Part shown: in pieces, positions 1-8,010 of the stretch
Layout: the number at the start of each line of letters is the position of its first letter
How positions within the stretch are numbered: position 1 is the first letter of the stretch
Source: an uncultured Nitrososphaerota archaeon
GTDB lineage: Archaea; Korarchaeota; Korarchaeia; Korarchaeales; Korarchaeaceae
Reading direction: 5' to 3'
Assembly (NCBI GenBank): GCA_964594835.1
Contig: CAZQNA010000002.1
Location: 1-64,000 of the forward strand
Length of the DNA stretch: 64,000 bases
The notes under the pieces: model-generated
Database searches by the model: none
What the model saw: only the letters and a program-made list of their open reading frames with translations
What the model was told of the DNA's origin: nothing
Made by a program: the position numbers and the translations under genes

Positions 1-49
1 ATGAGGAGGGATCAACCGGCTGATTGCTGATGACTTTGCCGAGTCCCGA
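1..49 (+). ncRNA. Archaeal C/D box 2'-O-methylation guide sRNA (5' end may lie just before the window)
   Basis: C box ATGAGGA 1-7, 12-nt guide GGGATCAACCGG, D' CTGA 20-23, C' TGATGA 28-33, 12-nt guide CTTTGCCGAGTC, D CCGA 46-49. Guides are complementary to CCGGTTGATCCY (archaeal 16S 5' end) and ACTCGGCAAA (conserved 23S motif). Confidence 0.85.
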
Positions 50-55
50 CCGCCC

Positions 56-83
56 TCACAATATAAGGCCCTTTATAAGGGCC
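56..83. promoter_or_regulatory. TATA-containing palindrome / dif-like site
   Basis: TCACAATATAA-GGCCCT-TTATAAGGGCC: TATAA-N6-TTATA core, plus perfect inverted repeat GGCCCTT-TAT-AAGGGCC (67-83); TTTATAA at 72-78. Confidence 0.45.
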
Positions 84-101
84 CGATCCGGATGGGCGCG
101 A

Positions 102-226
102 ATACCTTTCTTCTCGCGGGAAAGTATCTTCGGGGTGTCTTCCATCGGGGGACACCTCCAGTGGGTTCAGGCGGGTGCCGCCACACCCGCCAAGGGGGTG
201 GCCTCAGGGGCCGCCCCTTTCCCCCT
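102..226 (+). ncRNA. Putative structured non-coding RNA (four consecutive hairpins), family unknown
   Basis: Stems at 102-127, 132-158, 170-191 and 192-220. All 8 non-Watson-Crick pairs are G:U on the + strand. TATA about 25-30 nt upstream, pyrimidine tract downstream. Confidence 0.55.
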
Positions 227-273
227 GCTTGTAAAACTCTAGGAGGAATTTGATCGCTTTGTCATGCGAAACT

Positions 274-783
274 TCACGCCAAGAACTCGTAGAAGCGCCG
301 GAGGTCATTGATGTGGGACTCTACGGCCCTGGGGCTGAGGGTGGGCCTCCCTTCCGGGCCTCTTCCCCTCGAGGGTGAGGTAGTCAGAGAACTCCCGGAG
401 GAGCTCCTTCTCCCGCTGGGTGAGCCTAGGCAGCAGGTCCTGGGGAACCTAGTAACCCAGCTTCAGCATGAGGCGGGAGAACTGGTTGAGGGAGGCCCTG
501 ATATTTGCCACCGTCCTAGGACCATATCTCCCGACGAGGAAGGGGAGGAAAGAATCTCTGGCCTCGATTGAGATTTCCCCGCCGGAGTGCGCTAAGAAGG
601 CGTGGGCGTAGGACAGGTAGGGTCCAGCCGTCGTCCTAGACTTGCCGACGCCCACGAGCTACCCCGATATTGTTCCAAGACTTCTGAGAACTTCTCGGGG
701 TCGAGACGGGTCACTTTCTCGCGGGGGTGTGAGAGTTTCAGGAAATAAGGGACCCTCGGGGGCGGGTCGGAGCCGCGGCCCAC
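274..783 (-). pseudogene. Decayed tyrosine recombinase (Xer/integrase) N-terminal SAM-like fragment
   Basis: Fragments across frames: EVLEQYRG / GVGKSRTTAGPYLSYAHAFL...YGPRTVANIRASLNQF, in-frame TAG at 449, ELLREFSDYLTLEGKRP / LSPRAVESHINDLRRFYEFL*. No catalytic domain. Confidence 0.6.
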
Positions 784-829
784 GAACCTCAGGTAGGCTC
801 GGTCCTCGTCCCTCTCACTGCCCTGGAAT

Positions 830-882
830 CAATTCCACTATTTAAGTATGGGCCAATTAGAGAATTGGATCCCACGGAATTG
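830..882. promoter_or_regulatory. Nested palindromes in a divergent promoter region
   Basis: CAATTCC (830-836) / GGAATTG (876-882) enclosing CCAATT-AGAG-AATTGG (853-868); TATA-like elements near 839-845 (-) and 900-906 (+). Confidence 0.45.
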
Positions 883-926
883 AAAGAAAACGCGCAAGCC
901 TTAAAGTTCGACGAGCGTCGAACTCC

Positions 927-1385
927 GTGGTGAGGATATTGGAGGTGGAGGAGAAGACCTTGGAGATTGCAGAGAGTTTCCTGAAGAGGGCCCACACGAA
1001 ACTCATGGAGGCAGAGGGGTACTTGAAGTCTGGCAAGTACCCAGTGAGCGTGTCGGCTAGTCAGGAGTGTATAGAACTGTCCACAAAGGCCATGTTCTTG
1101 CTGCTGAAGGGGGAGTATCCGAAGAGTCACGAGTTCGATGACGACGAGTTGGCCAAACTCATCGAGAGAGTGCCAAAGGACTTGGCGTACCTTGAGTTCC
1201 CGAGGGTGATCATATTCAATAGGTTCTGGTCCTCCATGTACACTCTGGCGAAGTATGGGCACGACAAACTCGGCTATGGGCCAGAGAGACTCTTCAAGAG
1301 AGGGGAGGCAAAGCTGGCATATGAACACGCAGATGACTGCTACCGCATGGCGAGTCTACTCATGAGTAGGATCAGGTGGAGCTAG
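927..1385 (+). CDS. HEPN domain protein
   Basis: Helical HEPN signature: FLKRA..KLMEAE..L..G.Y..SV...QECIELSTKA...YPKSHE...YTLAKYG. Confidence 0.85.
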   Translation: MVRILEVEEKTLEIAESFLKRAHTKLMEAEGYLKSGKYPVSVSASQECIELSTKAMFLLLKGEYPKSHEFDDDELAKLIERVPKDLAYLEFPRVIIFNRFWSSMYTLAKYGHDKLGYGPERLFKRGEAKLAYEHADDCYRMASLLMSRIRWS

Positions 1386-1422
1386 CGCCAAACTTTTCGA
1401 TTACCAAGTTCAGTGGGCAACG

Positions 1423-2805
1423 ATGCGGAAGTATGTCTCAGTACTTCTGCTGACTTTAATTGCCGCGGCCTCTGCCACTCTGGCGCAGCCCCTCCAGCCC
1501 GAGCCCTACTGCACCTACGAGGAGGCGCAGGCGGGATCCGAGATGCAGTTCATCGGGGAGGAGTGTGAACAGGGAATGTGCATGTTCCTGATGTCCAACC
1601 TCATCTGGAGCCCCTACGTGGTCCACGTGTGCGCGGTGGAGGGAGAGGTGGCCGAGGTCGAGGTCGAGTTCAGGCTCGACTTGCCGGAACTCGGCCCAGT
1701 CACCGTAACGATAGAGGGCGCCCCCGGAGTGGCTTGGCCCGAGACCGAGGAGGTGGTGGTGGACGGCCCGTTCGCGAAGGGAGCCAAGATCCTCGTGGAC
1801 GGCTCGGCGGCCCTGGCCAAGTTCAACGAGACGCTTGGGGTGGCCATGATCCCCGTGGCCTTCAGGTGGACGGAGGGGGACTCGGAACTCAGAAGCTACT
1901 TCTGGCTGGCGGTGCACAGGGGGCCCTGCGGGCTGGAGTTCAGCGGGAAGTGGGTCAGCGTCGAGGACGGGCTCGTGAGGATCGAGACGCCCCCAAACTC
2001 GGAGGCGACCCTGACCATCAGAAACGACTATCCCGTGACCGTGAGGCTGAGTTTCTGTTATCCCGCTGGGGTCGAACCCAGGGAGGCGGCCATACCTCCT
2101 AGAGGGAACGTGACCTTCACGTTTCACGTGCCCTCTGGGATAGCCCACAGCGAGACCGTCTACTACTGGCCAGAGGGGTGGTGCCACACGCCGAGCTTTA
2201 GCTTAGCCGTCGGGAACCTGCCGCCGGAGACCACGCCTCCAAAGACCACCAGTCCGCCTCCGACCACAGAGGGTCCGCCGCTCCAGCTAGTTGGGGGATC
2301 AACCACCATAGAGATAACCTCGGTTGAGTTCGTGGGCGACTACTTGGCGATCTTTGTGAAGAATCAGGGTCCTCAGGACCTCGTCAATGGTGTCAGCCCA
2401 ATTCTCTGGAGCGTGTTGATCGTGTCTGGATCGGGCGAGACCCCAGTCGGCGTGCTCAGCTTGACGGAGGAGAAGGCCGATGGGAACTTCGAGGTTGGAG
2501 AGACGCTGAAATTCATGGTGGAGAGACCCGCGGGTTTGCACTCGGGAGACTTCTTCACGGTGAAAATCTACGGCCCAGAGGGAACTAGATCCGAGTATAT
2601 CTACCTCCCTCCGACTCAGACAACGACTCCTCCACCCACAGAGGGTTTCACGACTCCCCCAGCCACGCTGTCGGAGTCAGGCGGCAAGACTTGGATCTAC
2701 CTAGGCATCGGGGCCGTAATCGGGGGCGGAGTCATGGCCCTGCTAATGGCGAGGAAGTCCGAGCCCAAGCCCAAGTCAAGGCGGCGAGGGGGGCGGAGGC
2801 CGTAG
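1423..2805 (+). CDS. Secreted, C-terminally anchored surface protein with a FlaG/FlaF/pilin-like beta-sandwich domain
   Basis: Signal peptide, Cys-containing N-domain, P/T linkers, IFVKNQG...DGNFEVGETL...TVKIYGPEG motif, C-terminal TM helix plus basic tail. Confidence 0.7.
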   Translation: MRKYVSVLLLTLIAAASATLAQPLQPEPYCTYEEAQAGSEMQFIGEECEQGMCMFLMSNLIWSPYVVHVCAVEGEVAEVEVEFRLDLPELGPVTVTIEGAPGVAWPETEEVVVDGPFAKGAKILVDGSAALAKFNETLGVAMIPVAFRWTEGDSELRSYFWLAVHRGPCGLEFSGKWVSVEDGLVRIETPPNSEATLTIRNDYPVTVRLSFCYPAGVEPREAAIPPRGNVTFTFHVPSGIAHSETVYYWPEGWCHTPSFSLAVGNLPPETTPPKTTSPPPTTEGPPLQLVGGSTTIEITSVEFVGDYLAIFVKNQGPQDLVNGVSPILWSVLIVSGSGETPVGVLSLTEEKADGNFEVGETLKFMVERPAGLHSGDFFTVKIYGPEGTRSEYIYLPPTQTTTPPPTEGFTTPPATLSESGGKTWIYLGIGAVIGGGVMALLMARKSEPKPKSRRRGGRRP

Positions 2806-2854
2806 GCGTGGAGGTTTGTTACCTTTCCAAGATGAGATCGTGAGTATGGAGAAA

Positions 2855-4069
2855 TTACAGTGAGGTAAATGACTCTTGTCTGCCCGCGCCTTCCGCCTCT
2901 CGAGACCGGCGAGATGCCAGCCGGTACAGCGGAACGGTGGCGGCCAGGAACGCCAGACAGGCGGCGTAGGGCGCCCGTGGATCCAGCGTCGCCAGCGCCC
3001 CGGCGAGTAGGGGGCTCAGGACGCTCAGAGTTCTCCTCAGGGAGGACAGGGCGGCCGTCGCGGCGCTCGCCTCCCGGCGCCCCATGATTCCGAAGAGCCA
3101 CGCTCTCCTGAGGACGAAGGCCAGGGCATCCCCAAACCTGACCGCCCACGCGGCGAGGAGCAGGGAGGGGAAGGAGTCCGAGAGGATCACAGCCGCCAGG
3201 CCTGCCGTAGTGATCAGCGTGGCCCCCTGGAGCGCCTGGAAAGACCTCGCCGAGGATATCTCGCCGGCGAGGGGGAGGCTGGCGATCGAGGCGAGCGACA
3301 TCGAGGCCTCCACCAGGGCCACGTGGAGCATGCTCCCCCCGAACCTCTCCATGACGAGGTACACCATGGCCAGACTCGGCGCTAGGCTCCACCCCAGGAT
3401 GAAGAGGGCGTCCACGGCCGCGTAGAGGAAGTACCTCCTCCAATGGGCGCCTCCCCCGCCCTCGCCACTATCCTCCAGCTCGGCCTCCAAGATCACGGGC
3501 CTCAGCGCCAGGAGGGTGTAGGGTATGAGGAGCAGCTGGTAGACTGCAAAGGCCAGGAAGGCGTGCCTGAGGTGGGAGGGGGAGTCGCAGAATCGCCCCA
3601 GGACGTAGCCCAGCGCCGGGTAGGTGATGACAACCGACAGCTCTGGGACCGCCACGTGCCACACCATGGCCTCCTTGAACCTCCCCTCCGGGTAGACGAT
3701 CCTCTCGTAGGCCGGATACAGGAAGTAGAGCACGCCAGACGCTTCGTCCACAAGCTGCCCCACTAGGACCAGGAGGGGGGCCAGCGGACCGTACGCCAGG
3801 GAGAAGAGGATCAGGGAGACCGCCTCCATCGCGTCTATGGCGGCCAGCCCAAGCCTCAGGTCGACCCTGGCGAACTTCCCGCCCAGGACGAGGGTGACCG
3901 GCACGGCGAGCAGGTCGGCGGCCGTGAAAAGGGCGCCGACCTCCAGGACGCTGTACCCCACCCTCATGAGGTAGAACGGGAGCGCGTACCACGTGATCAT
4001 GACCGGCGAGGCCAGGGCGTGGTACAGGATGTACCTCCTGGCGTCTGTGGAGAGCTCGGACCAGCGCAC
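2855..4069 (-). CDS. MFS transporter
   Basis: 404 aa, about 12 hydrophobic segments in two halves. Confidence 0.8.
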   Translation of the reverse strand: MRWSELSTDARRYILYHALASPVMITWYALPFYLMRVGYSVLEVGALFTAADLLAVPVTLVLGGKFARVDLRLGLAAIDAMEAVSLILFSLAYGPLAPLLVLVGQLVDEASGVLYFLYPAYERIVYPEGRFKEAMVWHVAVPELSVVITYPALGYVLGRFCDSPSHLRHAFLAFAVYQLLLIPYTLLALRPVILEAELEDSGEGGGGAHWRRYFLYAAVDALFILGWSLAPSLAMVYLVMERFGGSMLHVALVEASMSLASIASLPLAGEISSARSFQALQGATLITTAGLAAVILSDSFPSLLLAAWAVRFGDALAFVLRRAWLFGIMGRREASAATAALSSLRRTLSVLSPLLAGALATLDPRAPYAACLAFLAATVPLYRLASRRSREAEGAGRQESFTSL

Positions 4070-4123
4070 CTCGGAACCCCCGGGCGAGGTCGACCTCTGC
4101 CGCGCCTGCTCCAGGGCGGGGGG

Positions 4124-4411
4124 CTAGAGGGCCATTCCAAAGGCCCTCGCGAACTCCGTCATCTTCCTGAAGTGCACGATGAACATCCTCCCGCTGTCGG
4201 TCAGCCGGTACACCCTCTTCCCGTCCACCTCGACCTCCTCTATCAGGCCTTTCTCCACGAGCTCAGAGAGGTACCTCTTGAGCCTCTCGTACGAGAGGTT
4301 CGCCCCGTAGAGGATGCGGGTGGGGCCGGCCTCTCCGCCCTCGTCCTGTATGACCCTGAGCATGTCGTAGCATATCCTCATCTTGGACCTGTACCTCTGC
4401 CTGGCCGTCAT
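4124..4411 (-). CDS. Winged helix-turn-helix transcriptional regulator (archaeal HTH_45-like)
   Basis: YRSKMRICYDML...GPTRILYGANLSYERLKRYLSELVEKGLI...YRLTDSG. Confidence 0.9.
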   Translation of the reverse strand: MTARQRYRSKMRICYDMLRVIQDEGGEAGPTRILYGANLSYERLKRYLSELVEKGLIEEVEVDGKRVYRLTDSGRMFIVHFRKMTEFARAFGMAL

Positions 4412-5037
4412 GCTCCCACCCGCTCAACCCTGACAACCATCCACAGCAGGCAGGCGTAGCCCAGCAGCCTCGCCACGTCGGCGGTGATCAGCTTCAGGGG
4501 TCCGCCGAAGACCAGGAGCAGGTGGGCCACCGTCAGGAGCGCGAATCCGAGTGAGACCAGGCCGGCCAGCCTGGACTCTCCGTGGGAGTAGCTGAGACCC
4601 GACCTGAAGGCTATGATCAGCGTGAGGACCGCCAGCAGGGCCTCAGAGCGGAAGTCGTACTCGATCAGAGGGGCGACCATCGGCGGGAGCAGGGCCGCCT
4701 CGACCGAGGGTGGCCCCCTCACCGTGGACAGCAGGATCAGGGCGTAGGCCGCCAGCTCTGTGGCGAAGGCGACGGTGTAGCCGAGCCTCACCAGGGGGAG
4801 GCGCCTTGCCGGGGGGACTGGCGCGCCCGACAGGACGGCCAGGGCTATCCTGACCTTTATTGCGCCGTGGATCAGCATTCCAGCCCCCAGGATCGAGAAC
4901 CCCATGTTCAGGGAGACCATCCGGGAGTCGTCCAGTATCCTGTAGGCCTTCATCGAGTAGTAGGCGATCGAGAGGGCAGTCAGGGCGCTGAAGAACTCTG
5001 TGAAAGCGTCAAACACGAAGAACGCGTGCAGCCCCAA
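4408..5037 (-). CDS. Multi-pass (about 7 TM) membrane protein
   Basis: Successive hydrophobic helices; TTG start inferred; ATGA overlap with the wHTH gene. Confidence 0.75.
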   Translation of the reverse strand: MGLHAFFVFDAFTEFFSALTALSIAYYSMKAYRILDDSRMVSLNMGFSILGAGMLIHGAIKVRIALAVLSGAPVPPARRLPLVRLGYTVAFATELAAYALILLSTVRGPPSVEAALLPPMVAPLIEYDFRSEALLAVLTLIIAFRSGLSYSHGESRLAGLVSLGFALLTVAHLLLVFGGPLKLITADVARLLGYACLLWMVVRVERVGA

Positions 5038-5075
5038 CCCCCAGCACCCGGCGGGTGGTGGGCACTTTCGCCTTC

Positions 5076-5978
5076 CTAATATCCGTTTTTCGCGGCCCCC
5101 GACCCCCGCCCGCCCAAGGTGAGGTGGGACCCGTCGCACGCGACCCCGGGGGTGTTCATGCCGGAGAGGCCCTCGCGGCAGGTCGCGAAGGTCATCCCCA
5201 GCTCCAGGGCCGCCTCCCTCACCATCCCCATTAGCCTCGCCCTCTCGGCGGCCGGCATGTACAGGTAGCCCCCGATCCTCTCTCCCCCGGCATATGCCGA
5301 TCTCAGGGCCTCTGAGGCCTCGGGGACAGCCTTGAGCATCCGCCTCAGGCCGTCAGGCCTGACCTTGTAGGTCGAGGACACCACGTGGGACGCCCCCGCA
5401 CTCCTGGCCTCCCTCAGGACCTCCCTGATTTTCTCCGGCGAGTCGTTCACCCCGGGGATTATCGGGTCCATCCTGAGCCCGACGGGTACCCCCGCCGCCT
5501 GGAGGGAGGACATGGCCCTCAGCCTCTCCCGGGGAGGGGGCGCCCCCGGCTCCAGCCTGGACGCCACGTCCCCGTCGAGGGTCGTCACGGTGAACATGAC
5601 CGCCGTCCCTCCCCTCAGCAGGAGGTCGGCGTCCCTGACGACGAGGCTCGACTTGGTCACCACGAGTACCCTGGCCCCCGCCCTGAGCAGGAGGTCCAGG
5701 GCCCGCCTCGTCAGCCCCAGCTCTCCCTCAGGGGGGGTGTAGGGGTCCGAGCTGAGGCTCATCGAGACGAGCGTCCCCGGCCTGAGCCTCCTCAGGTCCG
5801 AGATCAGCCTCGAGATCAGGTCCCGCTTGGGCCTGGGGTTGAAGGCGTCGCGAACGTAGGCGGTGATGTAGCAGTAGGCGCACCGGTGCCCGCAGCCCGT
5901 GTAGGGGTTGAGGGTCAGCTGGGGCGGGCAGGTGCAGAGCGGACTCCTCCATGGATCGAATGGCCTGAGGACCCCCAA
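5076..5978 (-). CDS. Radical SAM protein, SplB/Rv2578c-like family
   Basis: LNPYTGCGHRCAYCY (CxxxCxxC), SDPY, TKS, PGAPPP..RL. Confidence 0.9.
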   Translation of the reverse strand: MGVLRPFDPWRSPLCTCPPQLTLNPYTGCGHRCAYCYITAYVRDAFNPRPKRDLISRLISDLRRLRPGTLVSMSLSSDPYTPPEGELGLTRRALDLLLRAGARVLVVTKSSLVVRDADLLLRGGTAVMFTVTTLDGDVASRLEPGAPPPRERLRAMSSLQAAGVPVGLRMDPIIPGVNDSPEKIREVLREARSAGASHVVSSTYKVRPDGLRRMLKAVPEASEALRSAYAGGERIGGYLYMPAAERARLMGMVREAALELGMTFATCREGLSGMNTPGVACDGSHLTLGGRGSGAAKNGY

Positions 5979-6058
5979 CGCCCGTCGGTCCGGGTGCCGG
6001 CCGTATATAACACCCGTCCCCGGCTTCCGCCGGGTGATGGGGAGGGGAGGGAGGGGGA

Positions 6059-7867
6059 TCAGGACCTCATGAAGCTGAGGGCGACCCCCACCGCGACGAG
6101 CAGGATCCCGACCCCCAGGGCCATCGCCAGCCAGAGCGGGACGGCCCCAACGTAGGGGAGGGTCACCCTGCCTCTCAGGGCCTCGGTCGAGGGCGTGACC
6201 TCGCCCTCCCCCTTCGCTGGCCCCTGGGCGGGCGCCTGAGCGGGTCTCGACGGACCCTCAGCCCCTCCAACCCCTGGGGCCTCACCTCCCTCCTCATGTC
6301 CCCGGACCGGCTGAGCCGGCTGCGTCTCTCCCTCCGATCCCTCCCCGCCTACCCCTCCCCACGCCTCGGCGCCGCCCTCCTGCCCCGCGACTCCCCCCGT
6401 TCCGGCCGGCGGGGCCTGGCCCTCACCCCTCTGGGGGCTCGCCACGATGAGGACGAAGTCCTCGGCCTTGACCACGCCTCCCCCGGAGACCTCCACCCTC
6501 AGCTTGTACACACCAGGGGGCGTGGCCTCTGAGGTCGAGAGGTTTACCCCGGCCTCCAGCGGCGGGACTCCTCCCCCGGAGACCGTGTAGGAGCAGCCGG
6601 GCGGGAGGTCGAGCACCGAGATTGTCACGGGCTGAGAGAAGCCGTAGTAGGGGGCCACGGCCACCTTGAAGGAGGTCTCGCCCCCGGGGCTCGTCATCCC
6701 GCCCGGGGGCCTGACCACCACCCTGAAGTCGGGGGATGGCCTGCCCACGACCTTGAGGCTAAGCGTGGCCGATCGCACCTCTCCGGAGCTGGAGGCGGCC
6801 TGCACGGTCACGTTGTACTCACCGGCCGGGGTGGAGCCGGAGGTCGCTATCGTGAGCTGGGTCACGAGGGGGACGGACCCTCCCGCCTGACCGAAGCTGA
6901 CAGCGCAGTCCGGCGGGATCCCGGAGGCCGAGAGCGTGACGGTTGGGCTCACTCCGAGGGCCTCCACCCTCACCTCAACCGAGACGCTGCCCCCCTGCGG
7001 GACGGTCACGTCGGACGGCGACACCGACACCCACCAGATCTTGGGGATCGTCGGTCCGGTCCAGCCTCCAGCCGGGGGCTGAGTTGCCGGTGGGGGTGGG
7101 GTCCAGGTCGCCCCGGCGGAGAGGGTCTCCACCACGAGCTTCGGCCCGCCCCTGGGGTCAGGCGACTCCGTGGAGTAGAACTCTGCCCACCCGCGCGTGG
7201 GCCCCGGGACGAGGATCACCCCGTAGTTGCTCATCTGGCCCTGCCTCACCGCCCGGACGTAGTCCGTCACGTCTATCTCCACCACGGTCCCGGGGGGAGA
7301 GCCAGCCTCGACGACGACCTGATCCAGGAGGCTGGACGAGTCGTAGTCCCCGCCCTCGCTGGTCCACTCCACGCCCGAGTCCCTGTAGATCCAGGTGGCC
7401 TCGGCCTCGTTGAACCCGGCCGTGAGCGGGTAGGCCAGGATCGCCACGTCGTGGTCTGGGTCCATCCGCTTGAGAGTGAGGACGATCTTGGCGGAGGTCA
7501 CGATCCCGGAGATCTCGTCCAGGCTGGGCCTCAGGAGGATCCTGTACTCATTCCCCTCGGTGCGTTCCACGCACTCCGCGTCCAGTATGCCGCAACCCTC
7601 ATGCCAGTTGTCGGTGAAGGCCGTCCTGCCGTACTCAACCTCCTCCTTCTTGTTCCCCACGATCAGTGTGGGGTCGGAGCCGTGCTTGAAGTTCAGGTCC
7701 GGGTCGGATATCTGGACGTCGAAATAGCCGTCGTAGTAGTCTATGTACACGTCCACGTCCACCTCGGCCTCGATCGTAGAGCCGGAGCCGGCCTCCACCA
7801 GCTGAAGGGGGATTATCAGCAGGATGACGGGCGCCAGGACCAGAAGGGCCCTACGCACCGCCGCCAT
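6059..7867 (-). CDS. DNRLRE-domain surface protein with two Ig-like repeats and a C-terminal TM anchor
   Basis: Signal peptide; YRILL...VTSAKIVL...FNEAEATW...W...GGDY...IDVT.YV...NYGVIL...FYSTE...PKLVV; two Ig-like repeats; TM tail. Confidence 0.8.
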   Translation of the reverse strand: MAAVRRALLVLAPVILLIIPLQLVEAGSGSTIEAEVDVDVYIDYYDGYFDVQISDPDLNFKHGSDPTLIVGNKKEEVEYGRTAFTDNWHEGCGILDAECVERTEGNEYRILLRPSLDEISGIVTSAKIVLTLKRMDPDHDVAILAYPLTAGFNEAEATWIYRDSGVEWTSEGGDYDSSSLLDQVVVEAGSPPGTVVEIDVTDYVRAVRQGQMSNYGVILVPGPTRGWAEFYSTESPDPRGGPKLVVETLSAGATWTPPPPATQPPAGGWTGPTIPKIWWVSVSPSDVTVPQGGSVSVEVRVEALGVSPTVTLSASGIPPDCAVSFGQAGGSVPLVTQLTIATSGSTPAGEYNVTVQAASSSGEVRSATLSLKVVGRPSPDFRVVVRPPGGMTSPGGETSFKVAVAPYYGFSQPVTISVLDLPPGCSYTVSGGGVPPLEAGVNLSTSEATPPGVYKLRVEVSGGGVVKAEDFVLIVASPQRGEGQAPPAGTGGVAGQEGGAEAWGGVGGEGSEGETQPAQPVRGHEEGGEAPGVGGAEGPSRPAQAPAQGPAKGEGEVTPSTEALRGRVTLPYVGAVPLWLAMALGVGILLVAVGVALSFMRS

Positions 7868-8010
7868 GGTCGCACCCACTCCGAGTTCCGCGGGGCCGAT
7901 AATAGGGCTCGGCACCGCTCGTATAGACGATTAGTCGAGATCCCCGTCCCTCTCGTGGGGCGCGGCCGGGGGGACGCAACGATTTATCCCTCTTGGGGCC
8001 CGGGATCGCG

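Noticed and set aside
347-361. Minus-strand AGGCCCGGAAGGGAG matches the SRP RNA helix-8 motif
   Set aside because: The flanking CC..CA bases and the rest of the SRP structure are absent, and it lies inside integrase-like coding sequence; treated as coincidence.
2806-2870. Possible right attachment site of the left-edge island (TACCTTTC shared with 103-110)
   Set aside because: Only an 8-nt match, which is not significant.
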